Shown piece after piece: positions 40,072-52,336 of a stretch of 64,000 nt of DNA. The notes under the pieces were generated by a model that saw nothing but the letters and a program-made list of their open reading frames with translations, did not search any database and was not told where the DNA came from. The stretch's first letter is position 1. Each line of letters opens with the position of its first letter. The stretch is from the NCBI RefSeq assembly GCF_018977255.1, contig NW_024704742.1:71674001-71738000 (forward strand), given 5' to 3'. This DNA comes from Callorhinchus milii (taxonomy: Eukaryota). A program made the translations under genes and the position numbers.

Positions 40072-41179
40072 GTAAATGCAAGTTGTTGTTGAATGTGAGG
40101 CAAAACGTGAGCATAGGTCACAGATTAAGGAAGAAGTTAACTTTCTTTCGCAAAATCTAAAAAAAGAGTTTGCAAGGAGTGTTGTGAAGGAGCCTCGGAA
40201 CTTGGCAAGGCTGCTCACAGCTCCCGAGGCTGTTGCTAAAATGTGCTGCGGTGCTAACCACACGCGCTGACACCTCAGCCTCTCACACCACCGCGTCATG
40301 CGGAGGGCCTGCAGCGAGACTTTAACCAGAGTCTGAACCTTGGCAAGACTCCCAGCCCTCTGCTTAAACACAACAACATCCATTTATACAGTGAGCACCC
40401 AAAGTACACAGCCTGGCTCAGTCCCTCGCTCGCTCACTCACTCACACGCTTGCTCTCTCGCCTGTGTGTCACGAGGTCACTGATTCAAACCTTCCCCACC
40501 ATCCCCTCCCATCCCCGCAGAGTTCACAGTCTATGCTGATGCTCCAGCACAGTGCTGTCATGTTTGCCTACAAAACACACAGTCACTACACTTTATTTAT
40601 TGTAAGTGTTACTACTCCATGTGTGTCATTCTGGCTCAGTTGGCAGCAATCTCGCTTTGAGTCAGAAGGATGTGTTTTCAAGCACCAACATTGAGAATTG
40701 GGAGTCAAACAGTCAAGGCTGATGTTTCAGCACAGTGCTCAGGGGAGCTTCACTTTGTCGGAGGGGCTGTCCTTCAGACGAGACATTAAACTGAGGCCAC
40801 GTCAGTGTCTTTTCAGGTGTGGGGTTGTCATACAAGCTGCCGAGAGACAAACTCCCTTCTCTTTTCTGATAGCACCGCGGGATCTTTAACATCCACCTGA
40901 ACAGGGCACAGATGAGGAGCTCTCAAACACCCTGAGCCATTAGCTCGTGTGAAGGTCGCTCTATAAATACAAGGTCTTGCTGTGCACTACTGGCTGCAGT
41001 GATGAAGTAATGCATGTGCAGTACAGTACAATGTATTCCATTGAAACAAGCATGGAAAACATTGTACTTGTTTACTGTATTTGTTATGTGTTAGTCATAT
41101 AAAATCCGACTCATACATAACTTTGCATAAGTTGTAGATAACTTTGCCAATAACTCATACATTGTGTAAGTCACATTAC

Positions 41180-42798
41180 ATGTTATGGACACGACTGACA
41201 GTCAACACGGATTTGTTAAAGTAAAATTGTGTCTGACAAACTTAACTGAGTTCTTTGATGAAATAACGTAGAGGATTAATGAAGGTATTGCAGTTGATGT
41301 AGTGTATTTGGACTTTCAGAAGGTGTTTAATAAGGTGCCATATAATAGACTAGTTAACAAAATTGAAGCCCATGGGATAAAAAGAACAGTGGCAGCATGA
41401 ATACGAAATTGGCCAGGAGACAGAAAGCAGAGGGCAGTGGTGAATGGTTGTTTTTCAGACTGGAGGGAAGTATACAGTGGTGTCCCCCAGGGGTCAGTAT
41501 TAGGACCACTGCTCTTGATATATGTGAATGACTTGGATTTGGGTATAAAGAGCAAAGTTTTAAAGTTGCAGACGACACAAAACGTGGGAACGTAGTAAAC
41601 CATAAGGAGGATGGCGGCAGATTGCAGGAGAACATAGATAGACTGGTGAAATAGGCAGACACATGGCAGATGAAGTTTAATGCTGAGAAGTGTGAGGTGA
41701 TGCATTTGGGGAGGAAGAATGAGGAGAGGCAGTACACAATAAATGGTACAGTTGTAAAGGGGGTCAGGAGCAGAGAGACCTGGCAGTTCACATACACAGG
41801 TCTTTGAAGCTGGCAGTACAGATTGACAGAGCTGTTAAAAGCATATGGGATCTTTCCCTGTATAAACAGAGGCATAGAGTACAAAAACTAGGAAGTTCTG
41901 GTAAACCTTTATAAATCACTGTTTAGGCCTCAGCTGCAGTATTGTGTCCAATTCTGGGCACCACACTATAGGAAGGGTATCAAGGCCTTCGATAGGATAC
42001 AGAGGAGATTTACCAGAATGGCACCAGGGATGAGGGACTTTAGTTATGTGGAGAGACCAGAGAAGCTGGGATTGTTCTCCTTACAGAGGAGAAGGTTAAG
42101 GGGAGATTTAATAGGTGTTGATAGAGAAGATAGGGAGAAACTGTTTCCACTGGCAGGTGGGTTAGTAACCAGAGCCATAAATTTAATAATAATAATAATA
42201 ATAATCCTTGCATTTGATATAGCGCTTTTTCACGTCGGGAGGACGTCCCAAAGCGCTTCACAGAACACACTGTAAAGTGAATTGACTGTATATTTGTGGG
42301 TGAACGCGGCAGCCAATTGCGCACAGCAATGTCCCACAAACAGTCGTAGATTGAAAAATGACCAATTTTATTATTGTTTTTGGTTTTGGAGGGATTATTA
42401 TTAGGCTCTGTGTGGAGTAAGGAAACTTGCCCAAGGTTTCGCCCTCTGCCTGGAATTGAACTCAGGTCTCTCGCTTGCAAAGTGAGTGCTCTAACCACTG
42501 AGCTACAGGACTCCACGATAATTGGCAAAAGAACGAGAGGGGAGATGAGGAGATTTTTTTTTACACAGCGAGTTGTTATGATCTGGAATGCACTGCCTGA
42601 AAGGGTGTTGGAAACAGATTCAATAACAATTTTCAAAAGGGAACTGGATAGGTACTTAAAGAGGAAAAAATTGCAGGGAGATAGGGAAAAAGCTGGGGAG
42701 TGGGACTGATTGGGTAGCTCTTCCAAAGAGCCAGCACAGGCATGATGGGCCGAATGGCCTCCTTCTGTGTTGTAATATTCTATGATTCTATGATTCTA
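41180..42798 (+). mobile_element. CR1 LINE (RT to 3' end) with a nested SINE at ~42185-42515
   Basis: [53 protein letters not shown]; terminal (ATTCTATG)n repeat at ~42777-42798, typical of CR1. Confidence 0.92.
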
Positions 42799-44476
42799 CG
42801 TGATAGGCACTATACAAATGTAATTTTGTTGTTGTTGTATGATTGATATAAATGTAATTTTGTTGTTGTTGTTGTTGATAGACTTATGCGAGTTTCATTG
42901 TGTATCCAGAACCTGCCCAGTGGAGGGGACGGACAGGTTAGTAAAGATTTAATAGGTCGCAGAGCAAGACCGTGGAGCGCTTTAAAGGTGAGGATGAGAA
43001 TCTTGAACTCTATCCTCTGGGGGATGGGGAGCCAGTGGAGCCGGGCGAGGGTGGGGGTGATTTGATCACAAAGCTGAGTGCGGGAGAAGACATGAGAGAA
43101 GACAAAACCTATCCTTGCTGAACCTGTGTTGGTTGTCAAGTATTAGATGATTTTTATATTGGTAATCTCCCATTTCCTTCCTGATGGATTTCCTATTGTT
43201 TTCGAGATGTCCTCGGAGACTGGTTGGGTGCAGGAGGATTGGAGGGTGGCTTAAGAAGGGGTGAAGAATAAAACAAGGAACTCCAGGCCGGTAACTACTC
43301 TGACATCAGTTGTGGGTAAATGCTTGGAGGCAATAATAAGGGACCAAGTTAGTAATGACTGAGATAGTCATGAGTTAAGCAGGGTTTGTGAAGGGCAGAT
43401 CGTGTTTGATAATAATTTAATAATAATAATCCTTGCATTTGATATAATAATAATCCTTCCATTTGATATGGCACCTTATCACGTCTTTGAAACATCTGAA
43501 TTGACTGTATATTTTTGTGGGCGAAAGGTGGCAACGAATTGCGCACAGCAGTGCCCCACAAACAGTTGTGGATTGAGTCACCAAATTTTTTTTTATTTTT
43601 GAAGGGATTTTTACCCCGGAAAAGCAATCCGCCAGTCAATTAACTACCAGGTTCCTACTTACAGTTAGGTAAACAGAGGCGGGTGGAGTAAGGAAACATG
43701 CCCAGCATTTCGCCCTGCGGGAATAGAACCCAGGTCCTCTCGCTTGCAAGATGAGCACACTAATCACTATGCTACAGGAATCCAAATTCAAGTTGTTGTT
43801 TCCTGAATATCCTCTTACTGAAAGAATTTGGGGGTTACGTTTTTGCTGCTAGGTAGCACATGCCTTGCATTTGCTAAGATCTCCTGTTCTGGTTCTTGCT
43901 TATCTACCCTAATCTCTTTCTAAACTCTTTCTGTACTGTACAGTCTTGTATTCAGCCCACTGGTCGCCCTCTCATTTCTCCCTACACGCTTTGAAACCTT
44001 CTTTTTCTTTCTCTCCCCTTTTATTTCCTATTGATCCATTTCGGTGTGTTATGGGTTATTTTGCCACGGGCCATCTGCCATCAGTACATCAGTACATTGC
44101 CTCAGTACATCTGAGTACGTACTTAATCCAGGACTGTTTGTGATTTGCGCAATTGGCTGGCGCGTTTTTTCCACAAAATATACAGTATATTCTGTGAAGC
44201 GCTTTGAAACGTCTTGAAGACGTGATAAGGCGCTATATCTGTAGATCAGTGGTTAGAGCTCTCACCTCGCGAGTGAGAGACTTGGGTTCTATTCCCGGCA
44301 GGTCAAAATGTTGGGCGTATTTCCTTGCTCCACACGCCTCTGTTTACCTACAGTAAGTAGGAACCTGGCTATTAGTGGATTGGCGGATCGCTTTTCCGAG
44401 GATAATTATCCCTCAAGAAAAAAAACAATAATAATTTGATCACTTCAATCCACGACTGTTTGTGGGACACTGCTAC

Positions 44477-45098
44477 AACAACAACAACAACTTGTATTTA
44501 TATAGTGCCCTCCACACCAGACGGCATCTCAGAGCGCTTCACAATAACGGATCCTGGAGCCGAGCCAGGGGGAGGGGGAGGAAGGTGACCAAAGGCGCAG
44601 TCAAAAAGAAATGTCTTCAGCCGAGACCTGAAAATAGGAAGAGAGGAGGCGAGGCGAAGGGAGTGAGGAAGGGAATTCCAGGCCCCCGATGGTGGAGAGG
44701 AGGATTTGGGGGACAAGGAGGAGGCCAGACCCGGTGGAGCGAAGGCAATGGGCACTGTTGTGAGGAGAGAGGAGGTCAGAGAGGTAGGGGGGTGCAGAGG
44801 AGTGGAGGGATTTGAAGACAAGGGTGAGGATCTTGAAGTCGATCCTCTCTGGGACAGGCAGTCCTGGCAAGGACTGGAGTAATCAGGGAGCGGAGTTTGG
44901 TGCGGGTAAGAATGCGGGCGGCAGATTTTTGGATGACCTGGATTTTATGGATGATAGTGGAGGGGAAACCGGCGAGGAGGGCGTTTGAAAAGTCCAGCCA
45001 AGAGGTGACACAGGCATGGACCAGGGTTTCAGTGGCTTTTGGAGTGAGGTACTGGTGGAGACGGGCAATGCATCGGAGGTGGAAGAAAGCTGTGCTGG
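44477..45098 (-). mobile_element. L2-clade LINE 3' fragment
   Basis: AFFHLRCIARL..ATETLVHACVTSWLD..IQKSAAR..RIDFKIL; (GTT)n tail. Confidence 0.85.
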
Positions 45099-45417
45099 TG
45101 AGCACAATTGGCTGCCGCGTTTCGCCCACAAATATACAGTCAATTCACTTTACAGTACATTCTGTGAAGCACTTTGAGACGTCTAGAAGACGTGAAAAGC
45201 GCTATATCAAATGAAGGATTATTATTATTATTGTCCTTTATTCACTGCAGAATGTTCTTTAAGGATGTCCATTTTTCTTCAATTGATCTGTCCTTGAGTA
45301 ATGCCTCCCAGTCTATGTCTCTCAGCTCTGCCCTCACACCACTAAAGTTTACCTGCCAAAGTTGTACACGAGAGTTTGGGTGTTTGCTGGTGGTGTTTCC
45401 CAAATTATACTGAAGTT

Positions 45418-45880
45418 TTTTTTGATCAGCTGGGTGTACATCATACGGAAACCCATCACCATGCTTAAGAGTCTCCAAACCAAGCTGAGATTTCCATGTA
45501 TCCCACCTACACATGGAAATCCCAGAGACAGGTTGTTGGAATGGAATGTGCCTCTCTCCCTGGAGGAACATACCCTGTTTACCTAATTCCAGAGAGTATT
45601 AGGCTCAGGTTGGCAAGAGCCGAGGCTTGGGGACCCCAGAGTGTCCATTGGAGTAAATGCTGGAGTCTAACCAGTTAAAACCCCAAAGCTTGCCATTGAG
45701 AGCACTGAGCACTGGCAAGCTTTCCCGCTGTTTATCCAGCTGGGACCACCCTACCTGTTAGGGCTTTGGTTTGCAGGGTTAACAGGAGCTGAGTGGGAGG
45801 ATTCCCTGCCCCCAGTGACTGGTCTGTCCTTCCAAGTCCTGGTGATGAGCCAGGCTGGGCTGTGCTGTCATCAGCAGTGC
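45418..45880 (-). repeat. Unclassified ~460-bp dispersed repeat, most complete copy
   Basis: Homologous copies at ~18062-18660, 52942-53189, 55510-55775, 55970-56112, 59000-59255. Ends on the minus strand in cacccagctgatc followed by an A-run; internal hairpin tttccatgt...acatggaaa. Confidence 0.8.
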
Positions 45881-46239
45881 CCTTGAATACTGGGGACCCA
45901 CCTGGCTCAGGATCCCGACTAGAGACCGTCACAGAGGGTGGGTTCAATTCTGTCATTCTGTTGCCGAGCATTGGCACATGAGAACCAGTTGAGCGCAGAG
46001 TGCATCAGCTACTTCCACTTCCTGAAGAGTGTCTGGGAAAAGAATCACTCACCTCGGGAGTGAGGTACAGGCTGGAATCTAATTCACGGATTCGGAGTAG
46101 TTATATATAGAATAACAGATCCTGGGGAGTGAGGTTGGAATCGGGTTGTGTACACTGCAACTCTGTGAAATGCATGGCTTCAGTTTGTTCAGTCTCACTG
46201 TCTGTCTCTGTCTCACCGTCTCACACACACACAGAGTGT

Positions 46240-47675
46240 TGAACAAACCACACGTGAAACATCAGGTTGTAAAATAAAAAGAATACTTTTACACTGAGAA
46301 CAATGAATATTTACCAACACACGGAGGAGCCGCATGACCACATACTACACAGCGGAAAATCACAAATAATCCACATCAGAGCTTAAAGCCAGTGCCCCCA
46401 CCCCCACCCCTCCACCCCCCATTAGACGCCACGCTGTCCAAACCCACTCGACACAGGCGGCAAATGGCGTCTCCTCAACATTAAAAGTGCTCAGTCAGCA
46501 AATCCATTGCAGACTGTGTATCAATGAGAGATCTGTTCACACACACTGACCCCAATACAGCCTCACTCGTTGTGTAGAGTACCAGACGTCACACAACTTT
46601 CTTTCTGGGTTCTCTCTGCCTCACTCCCTCCCTTCCCCCCTCCCTCTGTCCCTCCATCATCCTCTCTCTCCTCTCTCTCCCTCCATCTCCCTCCCTCTCT
46701 CCTTCCATCTCCCTCTCTCCTTCTCGCTCTACTCCATATCCCTCTCTCTCCCTCACTCCCCATCTCCCTCTTTCCCCCATCTCCCTCTCTTTCCTTTTCT
46801 CTCTCGCTCACTCAATCCCTCCATCTCCTTTCCTGTCTTCTCATTTCTCTCTATCTCCCCTACAGCCTCCATCTCCCCCTCTCTCTCCTTTTCTCTCTCT
46901 CCCTCACTCTCTTCATCTCCCTCTCTCTATACCCTTTCTCTCCTTCCTTTCCTTCTCTCTGTACCGCTCTCACTCCCCACCTCCATCTCTCTCTCTCACT
47001 ATTCCGGACGGACTTTCTTAAACTGGATACTATTTCACTCCCTCTCTCTATCCCCTCTCTGTCTCCCTCTCTCTGTCTCCCCTTCCTCTCCTCCTCTCCC
47101 CCACCTCTCTCACCCCCGCCTATATTGTGGAGCGGAACACAGCAGACAGTTTGTTCCTAGGGACCGGGAAAGAAAGGATTTTCAACACAACCTTTATTAT
47201 CACCTGATAATTGTCTCTCTGTCAGTCTGTCCCCCAGAGAGAGATAGAGACAGACAGAGAGAGAGAGAGAGAGAGACAGAGAAAGCGAGAGAGACGGACA
47301 AACAGAGAGACAGATAGACAGACAGAAAGAGGTGGGGGACAGAGAGAGGGTTTAGACAGAGACAAACACAGAAAGACAGACAGAGAAAGACAAGCAGAGA
47401 GAGAGAGAGAGACAGAGAGAGAGAGACTGAGCCCATATTCACTGTAGTTCCTGTTGTGTTTTTGTTCTGAGGGAGTGAACGACCAGAGACAGTTGATTTT
47501 TTTGCTTTAAAATAATGTTTCTGTCTCGGTATTAAGTGTTGCCACTCTCCCTCTCTCTCTCCCCTCCCTCCGCCTTTCTGTCCTCCTCCCTTCTACCCCG
47601 CTTTCTCTCTCTCTCTATCGCTCACTCCTTCTCTCTCCCCATCTCTCCCCCTTCCCCCGCCCCCCCACCCCCCCT
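46240..47675 (-). other. Probable 3' UTR of the CYP26 gene with long GA/CT low-complexity blocks
   Basis: Directly follows the stop codon. AATAAA on the minus strand at 47193-47198; a unique, TE-free, U-rich distal block at ~46240-46560. The extent is inferred. Confidence 0.5.
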
Positions 47676-48071
47676 TCACACGGTGGAGCCCAGCAGAGGA
47701 TCAGAACCAGAGGGCCGGATCTGGTTGTGGTTTGAGTCCAGGCCACAGAAGCGGACCCTGAGTCCATCCACGGGATGGACGACGGGGACGGTCTGCATGC
47801 GTGGGGGGGAGCGTGTGGCTAGCTGGAAGCGGCTGGAGATAGCCAACTCCACCCCCAGGACCTTCAGCACCAGCTTGGCCAGCTCCTTGCCCAGGCAGCC
47901 ACGCACCCCACCCCCGAACGGGATGTAATTGAAACGTCCGCCCTTGTTCTCGTCCCTCTCCTCGCCGAAACGATCAGGATCGAAGGCGGCCACGTTCTGG
48001 AACACCTGCGCCGTGTCGTGGGTGTCTCGGATACTGTACAATACGCTCCATCCCTTGGGAATCTGGCAGCC
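47676..48071 (-). CDS. cyp26b1: CYP26B-type cytochrome P450 (retinoic acid hydroxylase), terminal coding exon 6
   Basis: Translates [20 protein letters not shown]...FDPDRF...[18 protein letters not shown]...[22 protein letters not shown]. Contains the heme motif FxxGxRxCxG and the PDRF motif. Acceptor AG at 48072-48073 with pyrimidine tract and CTAAT branch-like site; TGA at 47676-47678; 396 bp. The C-terminus is B1-like, but exact orthology is unproven. Confidence 0.93.
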   Translation of the reverse strand, partial: GCQIPKGWSVLYSIRDTHDTAQVFQNVAAFDPDRFGEERDENKGGRFNYIPFGGGVRGCLGKELAKLVLKVLGVELAISSRFQLATRSPPRMQTVPVVHPVDGLRVRFCGLDSNHNQIRPSGSDPLLGSTV

Positions 48072-48344
48072 CTGCGGGAGGGAATGTCGGGATTGCGATT
48101 AGCCCAGCCATTCCTCTAATAATAACACTAATACTTGCATTTGATATTGCGCCTTATCACGTTGCTGAGACGTCTCAAAGCGTTTCACAGGATATATTGT
48201 AAAGTGGATTGGCTGGGTAGTTTGTTGCCGAAACACGGCAGCCAATTGCACACAGCAGTGTCCCACAAACAGTCGTGGATTGAGTGACCAAATTATTATT
48301 TTTTTGCAGGTATTATTAACCCCAGAAAATGATCCGTCAATTGT

Positions 48345-49015
48345 TCTTACTTCCACATCTATGCCATGACCCGCTCTGCCTTCGCCCACCTTCGCAACAT
48401 CGCCCGGCTCCGCCACTGTCTCACATCGGAGGCCGCTGAAACCCTCATACTCGCTTTCATTACATTAAGGCTCGACTATGCAAACTTCCTGCTTGTCGGC
48501 CTCCCCATCCCCTCCCTCCATAGGCTGCAGATCATCCAGAACTCTGCAGCTCATTTCCCCTCCCGCACCAGGCTCCTTAACCCTCATCCTCGCTCAACTC
48601 CACTGGCTTTCCATCACACAGAGGATACAGTTCAAGATCCTGGTCCTCACCTTCAAAGCCCTCCATGGTCTTGCTCCCCCTACCTCTGCGACCTCCTAAC
48701 CCCCTACCATCCTGCTCGCTCCCTCCGCTCAGCGGGCTCCGGCCTGCTTCACCTCACCCGCCCCAGCATTGGCGTGCGGCCTTCCGCCACTCTGCACCCA
48801 CCCTCTGGAACTCCATCCCACAGTCCCTCCCTTGCCACCTTCAAGACCCATCTCAAGACCCTCCTCTTCGACCGTGCTTTCGATCACCCTGCTCCCCCCC
48901 CACTACCCTCCACCCTCCCCGATCCCAACCCCGAGCTCGGGTCCGAAGTTCTGACAGTCCAGCGCCATAGGATGTCCTCCCGATGTGAAAAGTGCTATAC
49001 AAATGTAATTTTGTT
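48345..49015 (+). mobile_element. L2-clade LINE 3' fragment in CYP26 intron 5
   Basis: [50 protein letters not shown]. Confidence 0.85.
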
Positions 49016-49587
49016 GATTTTTTTCCTACTAGGTAAACAGAGGCATGTGCATGGAGTAAGGAAACTTGCCTAAGGTTTTGCCTCGCCCGGAAATTGAACA
49101 CGGATCCTCTCGCTTGCAGGGCAAGTGTTCCAACCACTACGCTACAATATGCCACTGTTACATTGTGAATTTGAAGAGGGAATTGGAATATGAGAGAGAG
49201 ATGGAAGGGGTGTGGGGACGGGACGGGGCATGGGATTGGATGGACAGGTTGCTCTGAGAGCCAGTGCAGACTCAATGGGCAGAATGGCCTTCTTCTGCCA
49301 TAGATTCCTGTGATGCTAAGTGTAGTCACTGTGTATTTTGTGGGCGAGCGTGGCAGACAGTTTGTGGCGACTTTTTTAAGCGGTTTGAGACGTTACCCTG
49401 CGTGCAGGGCGCTATATAAGTGTGAGTTGTTGTTGTCTGAATGACAGAGCCAGGCTGACTTTTCGCTCCATCAAAGTGCGCATCGCCCCCCACCCCTCCC
49501 TCCTGATCTTTAATCCTTTCCCGAGCCGGTCGGATGCAATGTCGCGGAGGTCACACAAGGGTGGGGTGGGGAGGGGAAGGGACTCAC

Positions 49588-49869
49588 ATCGAGTTCGAAG
49601 GTCTGCAGTGCTGACCTATAACCCCCGGACACAGGGGGCAGCAGGCGAAGCACCTCTTTAATGACACAGTCCAGGTACTTGAGGCGGGCAATGGTGTCCA
49701 TGCGGAGGGTCTCCTGGCAGCGACAGCCCTCCTGAACCAGCCCCTGATGGCCCAGCTCCTCACGCAGCTTCTCTAACACCCCAGGGTGCTGTAACAGCTG
49801 TAACACCAGAGAGGTACACGCACTGGACGTGGTGGCGAAGGCAGCGAAAATCAGCTCCACTGTCGACTC
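49588..49869 (-). CDS. cyp26b1: CYP26B-type cytochrome P450, exon 5
   Basis: 282 bp, phase 0: [29 protein letters not shown]...[30 protein letters not shown] (I-helix and ExxR motif). Acceptor AG at 49870-49871; donor GTGAGT begins at 49587. Confidence 0.93.
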
Positions 49870-49871
49870 CT

Positions 49872-50725
49872 GTCACAGAGAAAGAGTGTGTGTCAGTCAT
49901 TGAGAGAGAGTGTCACAGAGAGAGAGAGAGAGAGAGAGAGAAAGTGTCATAGAGAGTCAGTAACAGAGTCAAGGAGACTCGCGGAGAGTGAGAGAGTGTG
50001 TCATCAGTCACCGAGGGAGAGTTTCACAGATAGAGAATCAGAGTCACAGAGAGAGAATCATAGAGAGAGAGTCACAGAGAGAGTCACAGAGAGAGAGTCA
50101 CAGAGAGAGAGAGTCACAGAAAGAGTCACAGAGAGAGAGTCACAGAGAGAGAGTCACACAGAGAGAGTCACAGAGAGAGAGTCACACGGAGAGAGCCCTA
50201 GAGACAAAGTCACAGACGAGAGTCACACAGAGAGAGAGAGAGAGAGAGAGTCACAGAGAGAGAGTCTCAGAGAGAGAGTCACAGAGAGAGAGAGAGTGTC
50301 AGTCACTGAGAGAGAGAATCACAAAGAGAGAGGGGGAGAGTCTCAGAGAGAGGGAGACAGTGTCAGTCACACAGAGAGTGTGTCAGTCACAGAGAGTCAC
50401 ACAGAGAGAGTGTCAGGCACAGAGAGTCACACAGCGAAAGACAGTGTCAGTCACTCAGAGTCACAGAGAGAGAGTGTCTCAGTCACATAGAGATAGACAG
50501 TGTCAGTCGCTCAGAGTCACAGAGAGAGAGTATGTCAGTCACTCACAGTCACACACAGAGAGAGTGTGTGTCAGTCACTCAGAGTCACAGAGAGAGAGTG
50601 TGTCAGTCACTCAGAATCACAGAGAGAGAGAGACTGTGTCAGTCACAGAGAGTCACAGAGAGAGAAAGAGCGTGAATCACTGAGGGAGAGAGAGTTAGTC
50701 ACTGAGAGATTCACAGAGAGAGAGT
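49872..50725 (+). repeat. (GAGAGTCACA)n-type minisatellite abutting the exon 5 acceptor
   Basis: About 850 bp of degenerate AGAGAGTCAC / GTGTCAGTCAC units. Confidence 0.95.
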
Positions 50726-51099
50726 AACAACAACAACAAATTGCATTTAAAAAGCGCCTTCCACGTCAGGAGGATGTCCCAAGGCGTTGGACAATGAGGG
50801 GTTTGCCCCCGAGCTGCGGGTTGAGATCAGAAGATGGGTGGAGGGAAAGGGGGATGAGGATAGCAGGGTGACCGCAGGCACAGTCAAAGAGGAGGATCTT
50901 GAGATGGGCCTTGAAGCTGACAAGGCGGTGGGGCTCCAGAATGGCATTCCAGGGGGTGGGAACAGAAAGGCTGAAGGCCTAACCACCTGGAATGGGCAGG
51001 GCGGGGGACATGGAGCAGGCCATAGTAGAGGGAGTGGACAGGTTGGTAGAGTTTGAGATGGTGACAGAGGTAGTCACTCCTCATCTACAGTACTCCCCA

Positions 51100-51855
51100 A
51101 ACCCTCCTCCACATTCCTCTGACATCTCCCTCTGCATCTGTTCTGATTGCCTCGTCATCTTGGGTGACTTTAACCTCCACTTTAACCCTTCTTGCTCCAC
51201 ATCTGCTGACTTCTCCTCACGACCTCTCCCTCATATCAACTCCTCCACTCACATCCATGGCCACCCGTGAGACCTGGTGATCACCTGGGGCCTTACCATC
51301 TCTGATGTTACCATCACTGACAGAGACATCTCAGATCACTATTCCATCTCCCTTAACTCCTCCATCCCCCTCCTGGCACCCACCCCACTGGCATCTCCTA
51401 TCTGCCCCTGGAGAAAAATCCCCCTCCATGCCCTCTCCACTGTCCTGGAAGCATCTGAACTCCTACCCCTCTGGCCCTCCTCCTGCAATGGCCAACGTTC
51501 CTTGGTCACTCTTCTAAACAACTCCCTCTTGGCCATCCTCGACACACTTGTCCCCGTTATCTCCTGCACCGCCTCCTATTCACACAAATCCCCCTGGTAC
51601 ACCAGCCACCTCCGCTCCCTCAAATCTCAGGTGCGATCCTCCAAATGCACCTCATGCAAATCCAAATTAACGGTTCATTGTCAGATCTGGCAGGACAGCA
51701 CCAACTGCTCTGCCCTTGCCTCAGCTAAGTCATCCTTTTATTCCAAAATAATTTTGAAAGCTAAGGACAAGCCCAGACTCCTCTTTTCTACCATAAACCA
51801 ACTCCTCCGTCCCCCCTCCCATGCCTCTGCCATCCTCTCCTCCAACACTAAATGG
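51100..51855 (+). mobile_element. L2-clade endonuclease-region fragment in CYP26 intron 4
   Basis: LVILGDFNLHFN..THIHGHP*DLVIT..ISDHYSI..KSPWYT..PRLLFSTINQLL. Confidence 0.8.
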
Positions 51856-52180
51856 TAATTGAATATAACAGCCAGGGGCCTGAGGGCTCACGCTAATAAT
51901 AATAATAATCCTTGCATTTGATATAGCGCCTTACCACATCGTTGAGAGGTCTCAAATCGCTTCACAGAATATACTGTAAAGTGAATTAACTGCATATTAT
52001 GCAGGCGAAACACGGCAGCCAATTGTGCATAGCTGGGTCCCACAAACAGTCATGGACTGAATGACAAAATAATTTTTTTTTGAAAGAATTATTACTTGCC
52101 TAAGGTTTTTATTCTGCCCGGGGAATCGAACCCAGGTCCTCTGGCTTACGAGGTGAGCGTTGTAACTACTATGCACTCAC

Positions 52181-52336
52181 CTTGAGTTCCTGCATGCTGA
52201 GCTCCTTGCCATGCTCGCGGGCGCTCTCGATCAGGATGTCCAGGGCGTCTGAATACTCCTTGTCCTGCCCGCCCTGCAGCTTCTCGCTGATGGCTTTCTG
52301 CAGGTATGTGTACAGGTTGTCTCTTGCTCGCATTCC
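52181..52336 (-). CDS. cyp26b1: CYP26B-type cytochrome P450, exon 4
   Basis: Hand translation (not in ORF track frame): [52 protein letters not shown]. 156 bp, phase 0, ccag acceptor and GTGAGT donor; matches the vertebrate CYP26B1/C1 exon 4 size and MQELK end. Confidence 0.92.

Noticed and set aside
45835..45880. CTGATGA on the minus strand of the unclassified repeat, suggesting a hammerhead ribozyme
   Set aside because: I could not find the required stem II followed by GAAA or a properly placed cleavage triplet.
49888..50727. Long Glu/Arg/Ser-rich ORFs, also the 16092-16667 and 46570-47160 ORFs
   Set aside because: Produced by stop-free simple repeats; no protein homology is evident.
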